A stretch of 64,000 nt of DNA from the human T2T-CHM13v2.0 reference genome, Homo sapiens. The position numbers and the translations under genes are program-made. The notes under the pieces are model-generated. The model was not told where the DNA came from. It saw only the letters and a program-made list of their open reading frames with translations, and did no database searches. The DNA is taken from assembly GCF_009914755.1 (NCBI RefSeq), contig NC_060925.1; one strand, given 5' to 3'. Below, in pieces: positions 41,571 through 64,000 of the stretch. Each line of letters opens with the position of its first letter. Within the stretch, counting starts at the first letter, position 1.

Positions 41571-42358
41571 TAGATCTGGAAGAAGAGCATTGTGGATCTC
41601 CTGGTGAAGGAAATTTTCTCAACCTGTCCACAAAGGGGTCGACAGCAACTGGGAGGCACAGTGGGAAGACCCTAGGCTCAGGGTCTGAGTAGGCTTAGGT
41701 TCTAATCCTGGCTCTGTCCCTGACTGTGTGACCTTGGGCAAGTCACTTCTCCTCTCTGAGGCCTGGCTTCCTCATCTATTGAATGAATATCATAGGAAAT
41801 TATATTTCCTCTTGTCTTCAGTCCCAGGCCAGACCAAAGAAGACCCTCTACTCCTTTGTGCCCACCACTGACCACAGTCAGAGAAACAGTGGACCAGGAC
41901 TGAGCAGAGAGGCTTCAGGAAGGGAAGAAATAGCACTCATATAGTGGTCTCCACATGCTCATTTAATCCCCACAATGACCCTCTCTCAGAGCTTCTGCTC
42001 CTCTTGTGCCCGGACTGTGCCTCTCCCTCCCAGGTGCGACCATGCCTCCTCTGTGGTCTCCCCTCAGCCTCTTTCCTGTCCCACCACTTTTGCAAGATGA
42101 CACTTTAGTTCATTCAACAACTATTTATTGCGCCCTCTTCTGTGTGTCAGGTCCAGTCCTAGGTGCTGGGGACACAATGACAAGCAAAACAGGCAGGTTC
42201 CTTCGCTCATGAAGCCTACATTCTATGAGGGAGTCTGACATTCAGCACAGAACCCCAACAACTGCAGACTGAGGTCAGAGTTCTGCAGAAGACCAGGCGT
42301 GGCGGCTCACACCTGTAACCCCAGCATTTTGGGAGGTTGAGGCGGGCAGATCACCTTA

Positions 42359-42682
<324 letters not shown>

Positions 42683-43389
42683 CTAGGGAAAGGGAATGTT
42701 AGGCAGAGGGAAGTGCTTGAGTGAGGAGGCCAGACTGGGGGGTGTGGTGGGAGACAGGCCAGGAAGTGGAGGGGCCCAATGACGCAGGTAAGACTCTCAC
42801 CTGGTCATTCCCCTGCTCCCACACCACCTGTGGCTCCCTTTGGCTACACACTCATAGCCCTCAGAGGACCTGAAGGTCATCCTGGACTCGTCTCTCTTCC
42901 TCATCTACCATGTCCATTCCATAAGTATTTTATACAATGTCTGTGATGGCCAGGGACCATGTTAGGCTCTGGGTATGTAAACATCAGGGAATAAAATGGA
43001 CATGGTGCCTGTCCTCCTGGAGGTCACAGTCTCTCTGAATCCTAAATGGCTCCTTCTAGCTTTATAGCCATGACCTTTCCAATCAACCCCATCCCTCACC
43101 TTGATCTCAGTGGCTTCCTCACTGTCTCCCACACTCCCTGCTTGTTCCTGGACAATCTCTTCTCTGCACAGCAGCAAGACGCATATTTTATTTTTATTTT
43201 TATTTTTTTGAGACAGGGTCTGGCTCTGTCGCCCAGACGGGAGTGCAGTAAGACACATATTTAAAGATGCAAATCTGCATTTTTCAAGCCTAAGTATTCC
43301 TGCCTGTTCTCATCTTGGCCCCTTATTTGTTTCCTTTGTAGCTCTCACAGTCTGTAATTATTAATCTGTGTATTGGTTTAGGCGAGAAT

Positions 43390-48470
<5,081 letters not shown>

Positions 48471-48644
48471 GAGTATAAGCTTCCCAATGACAGAGATTGC
48501 AAGAGTCTGGTTACTATAAAATCCCCAGCATTCTACATGTAGTAGGTGCTCAAGAAGTATTTGTTGTTCACGTCATTGAATAAAAGTCACCCCCCAGCTT
48601 GGAACTCTGAATGGCTTCTGACAGCACAGTATTAAGATCACAGT

Positions 48645-49990
<1,346 letters not shown>

Positions 49991-50079
49991 GCTGGTTGGT
50001 TGTTGGGAGGCCTGGCTGCTTTTGGGAAGGATAATCCTCGTCCACACCAAGGTGATTCAGTGAGCAGGGTGAGGGCAGA

Positions 50080-51440
50080 TGCTGGGTGTCCACGCCCCGG
50101 CCCCACAGCAGCCAGAGGAAGATACCAGCCCGCGCACCCGTCGCCATGGCAACCTCAACCCCACTCCTGGACCCTAGCTCGGAAGGGGGCAGGGTATCGA
50201 AAGCCGATCGCCAGAGGCTCCTCGGTGCCTCGTGCGAGTCCCCGCCGTCAGCCCCGAGGAGCCTCCTGGCACCAAGCAGGCGCTGCCCCCTTCGGCCACA
50301 CGGTGGCGGCGCAGAGCCGAGCTCCGCGCCCCACCTGGGAGGCGGCGCCCGCGGGATGGGGCTCCTCGGCCCAGCTCCCCAGCCTCGACAAGGATACGGC
50401 CCGACATCCAGGCCAGGAGCGTCGCTGGGGCTTAACCGCCGTTCCCCAAGGCGCCCCTCCACTCCTCCAGCGGGCTCCCGCATCCCCCATTATCCGGCGG
50501 ACCCCAACCCTTGCTCACGTGACTCGCCCGCCACCCTCGAAGAACTCTCGTGGGGCCGCCCCGCCCTGCCGCAGGTCACGCGCTGCGCACCTGGAGGGCA
50601 TCTGGCCAGCCGCCAGCTAGAGCCTGCCCCTGCTCAGGCTCGGCTCAACCCGGGCCCGCGCCTGCTCCGAGCCCAGGAAGAGCGTCCTGTCCAGCTCCCA
50701 AGTGCGCCGGCCCGTGGGGAAGGAGGCGGGAGTGGGCTCCAGCGGTGCGGCCCTCGCTCCTCCGACCCGGGGCCCTCTCCACCTCGGGGGAAGAAAGAGG
50801 CCTCTGCCTCCGCCTCCTTCCCTGAGCGCTGCCACCCTCACTCCGGCCCTCTGACCGCGGGTCCCGGACATTGCGCTTAGGGGTCGCCTTGCAGGGCCAG
50901 AGAAGCTGGCAGACCACGCGCGCGCACGTGCCGGGGCGGGGCGTCACCGGGGGCGGGGCCTGGAAGGGCGGGGTCGGCGGGCTCGGGTTCCCGCGGGGCG
51001 CGCGCGGGGTGACGGGAGCCGGGACTACGCGGAAGTGGGGGTAGGGGCCGCGGGACGGGGAGGGGCGTCCCCAGTACCCGCGAGTGGCTTCAGGGAGCGC
51101 AAGGCCAGCTGAGTCTGGGCGCTGGATGGGCGGCCTTGGCATTAGGTCCAGATTTGGGTCCTAAGTACTGTGCCCAACCGGCCCGAGGGGAAGGGGGAGG
51201 AGACAGGAACCGCGCCCATTTTCCGGATCAGGTTCTTGGAACCAGCCCGGAAATCCTGGGACTCAATCTGGGGGCCAGATCTGGAGGCGATGGTTTTTCT
51301 AGAGACGGGCTGATGCAGCCCCAGTATGCCGTCGCACTCATTTCCCACATTCCAGGAACGGTCCAGGTCTGCCCTTCAGCGGTTTGGGAACTCCGCGACG
51401 ACTCCCTCTCTCCACAACTGCAGGGTGGGCCGCGCTCTGA
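50080..51440. promoter_or_regulatory. Orphan CpG island with promoter-type motifs
   Basis: Repeat-free CpG-dense block amid Alus. X-box GTCGCCATGGCAAC 50140-50153, TCACGTGAC 50515-50523, CACGTG 50925-50930, GGGGCGGGGC 50933-50942, CGGAAGTG 51030-51037. Confidence 0.88.
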
Positions 51441-51809
51441 AAACCTGGCAAAGCGATGGGGGTCCCTCAGAGCCCCTCCTTCATATTCAGTTTCAAAAGG
51501 ATTTGGCATTGGGGAAACCTTGGGACCTCAAGCCACATGGAGAAAGAGCTCCAGGTCACAAGGGCTTGGACCTGAGGGCACCTCGGCTGGCTCCTTTCTC
51601 GTGCAGTCTTTGCAAAAGAGGACCAGGTGGTGGCCAGAAGGGCACTTTGAGGGCTGAAGAGCTCAAACTGCACAGGGATAGGACCGAGGTGCAGAGTCCT
51701 TGGGGCCCTTTTTTTTTCTGTCATATCTTGTTTTGCCATTCGGCCTGGAAATACCTGGAAATTCTTCCTGCCTGTTTTTCCCTCAGAAAAGTTTTTTTTA
51801 TGTAAAAGT

Positions 51810-58540
<6,731 letters not shown>

Positions 58541-58619
58541 TCACAAAACTGCTGTGTCAATTGGGAAGCCTCTCCTTCTCTGGGGCATGGATCCCTCCAT
58601 TTGTGAAACGGTGAAATTA

Positions 58620-59230
<611 letters not shown>

Positions 59231-59247
59231 TGCACAGCAAACGAGTG

Positions 59248-64000
<4,753 letters not shown>

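Overview
Human DNA, recognised from protein sequence and gene order as 1p36.11; a human-specific AluYb8 is present. The window holds the last three coding exons and long 3' UTR of DHDDS (cis-prenyltransferase subunit, + strand). About 1 kb downstream lies the complete six-exon HMGN2 gene (90 aa, + strand, CpG-island/TATA promoter). A full-length RPL17 processed pseudogene sits antisense in a DHDDS intron. The remaining ~37 kb is gene-poor and very Alu-dense, layered over older L1, HAL1, L2, MER41A, LTR16, MLT1, MER44 and Tigger1 relics, and includes a motif-rich CpG island at ~50.1-51.4 kb with no recognisable gene. Nearly all other ORFs in the track are Alu-derived or GC-rich artefacts. I found no convincing new protein-coding system. 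The best leads are the orphan CpG island, a triplicated DR2 nuclear-receptor element, and several unusual retrotransposition or repair footprints (an orphan polyadenylated insert, an L1 3' transduction, a locally templated filler, re-used target sites, collapsed Alu palindromes). Repeat subfamily names and boundaries come from recalled consensus sequences and are approximate.
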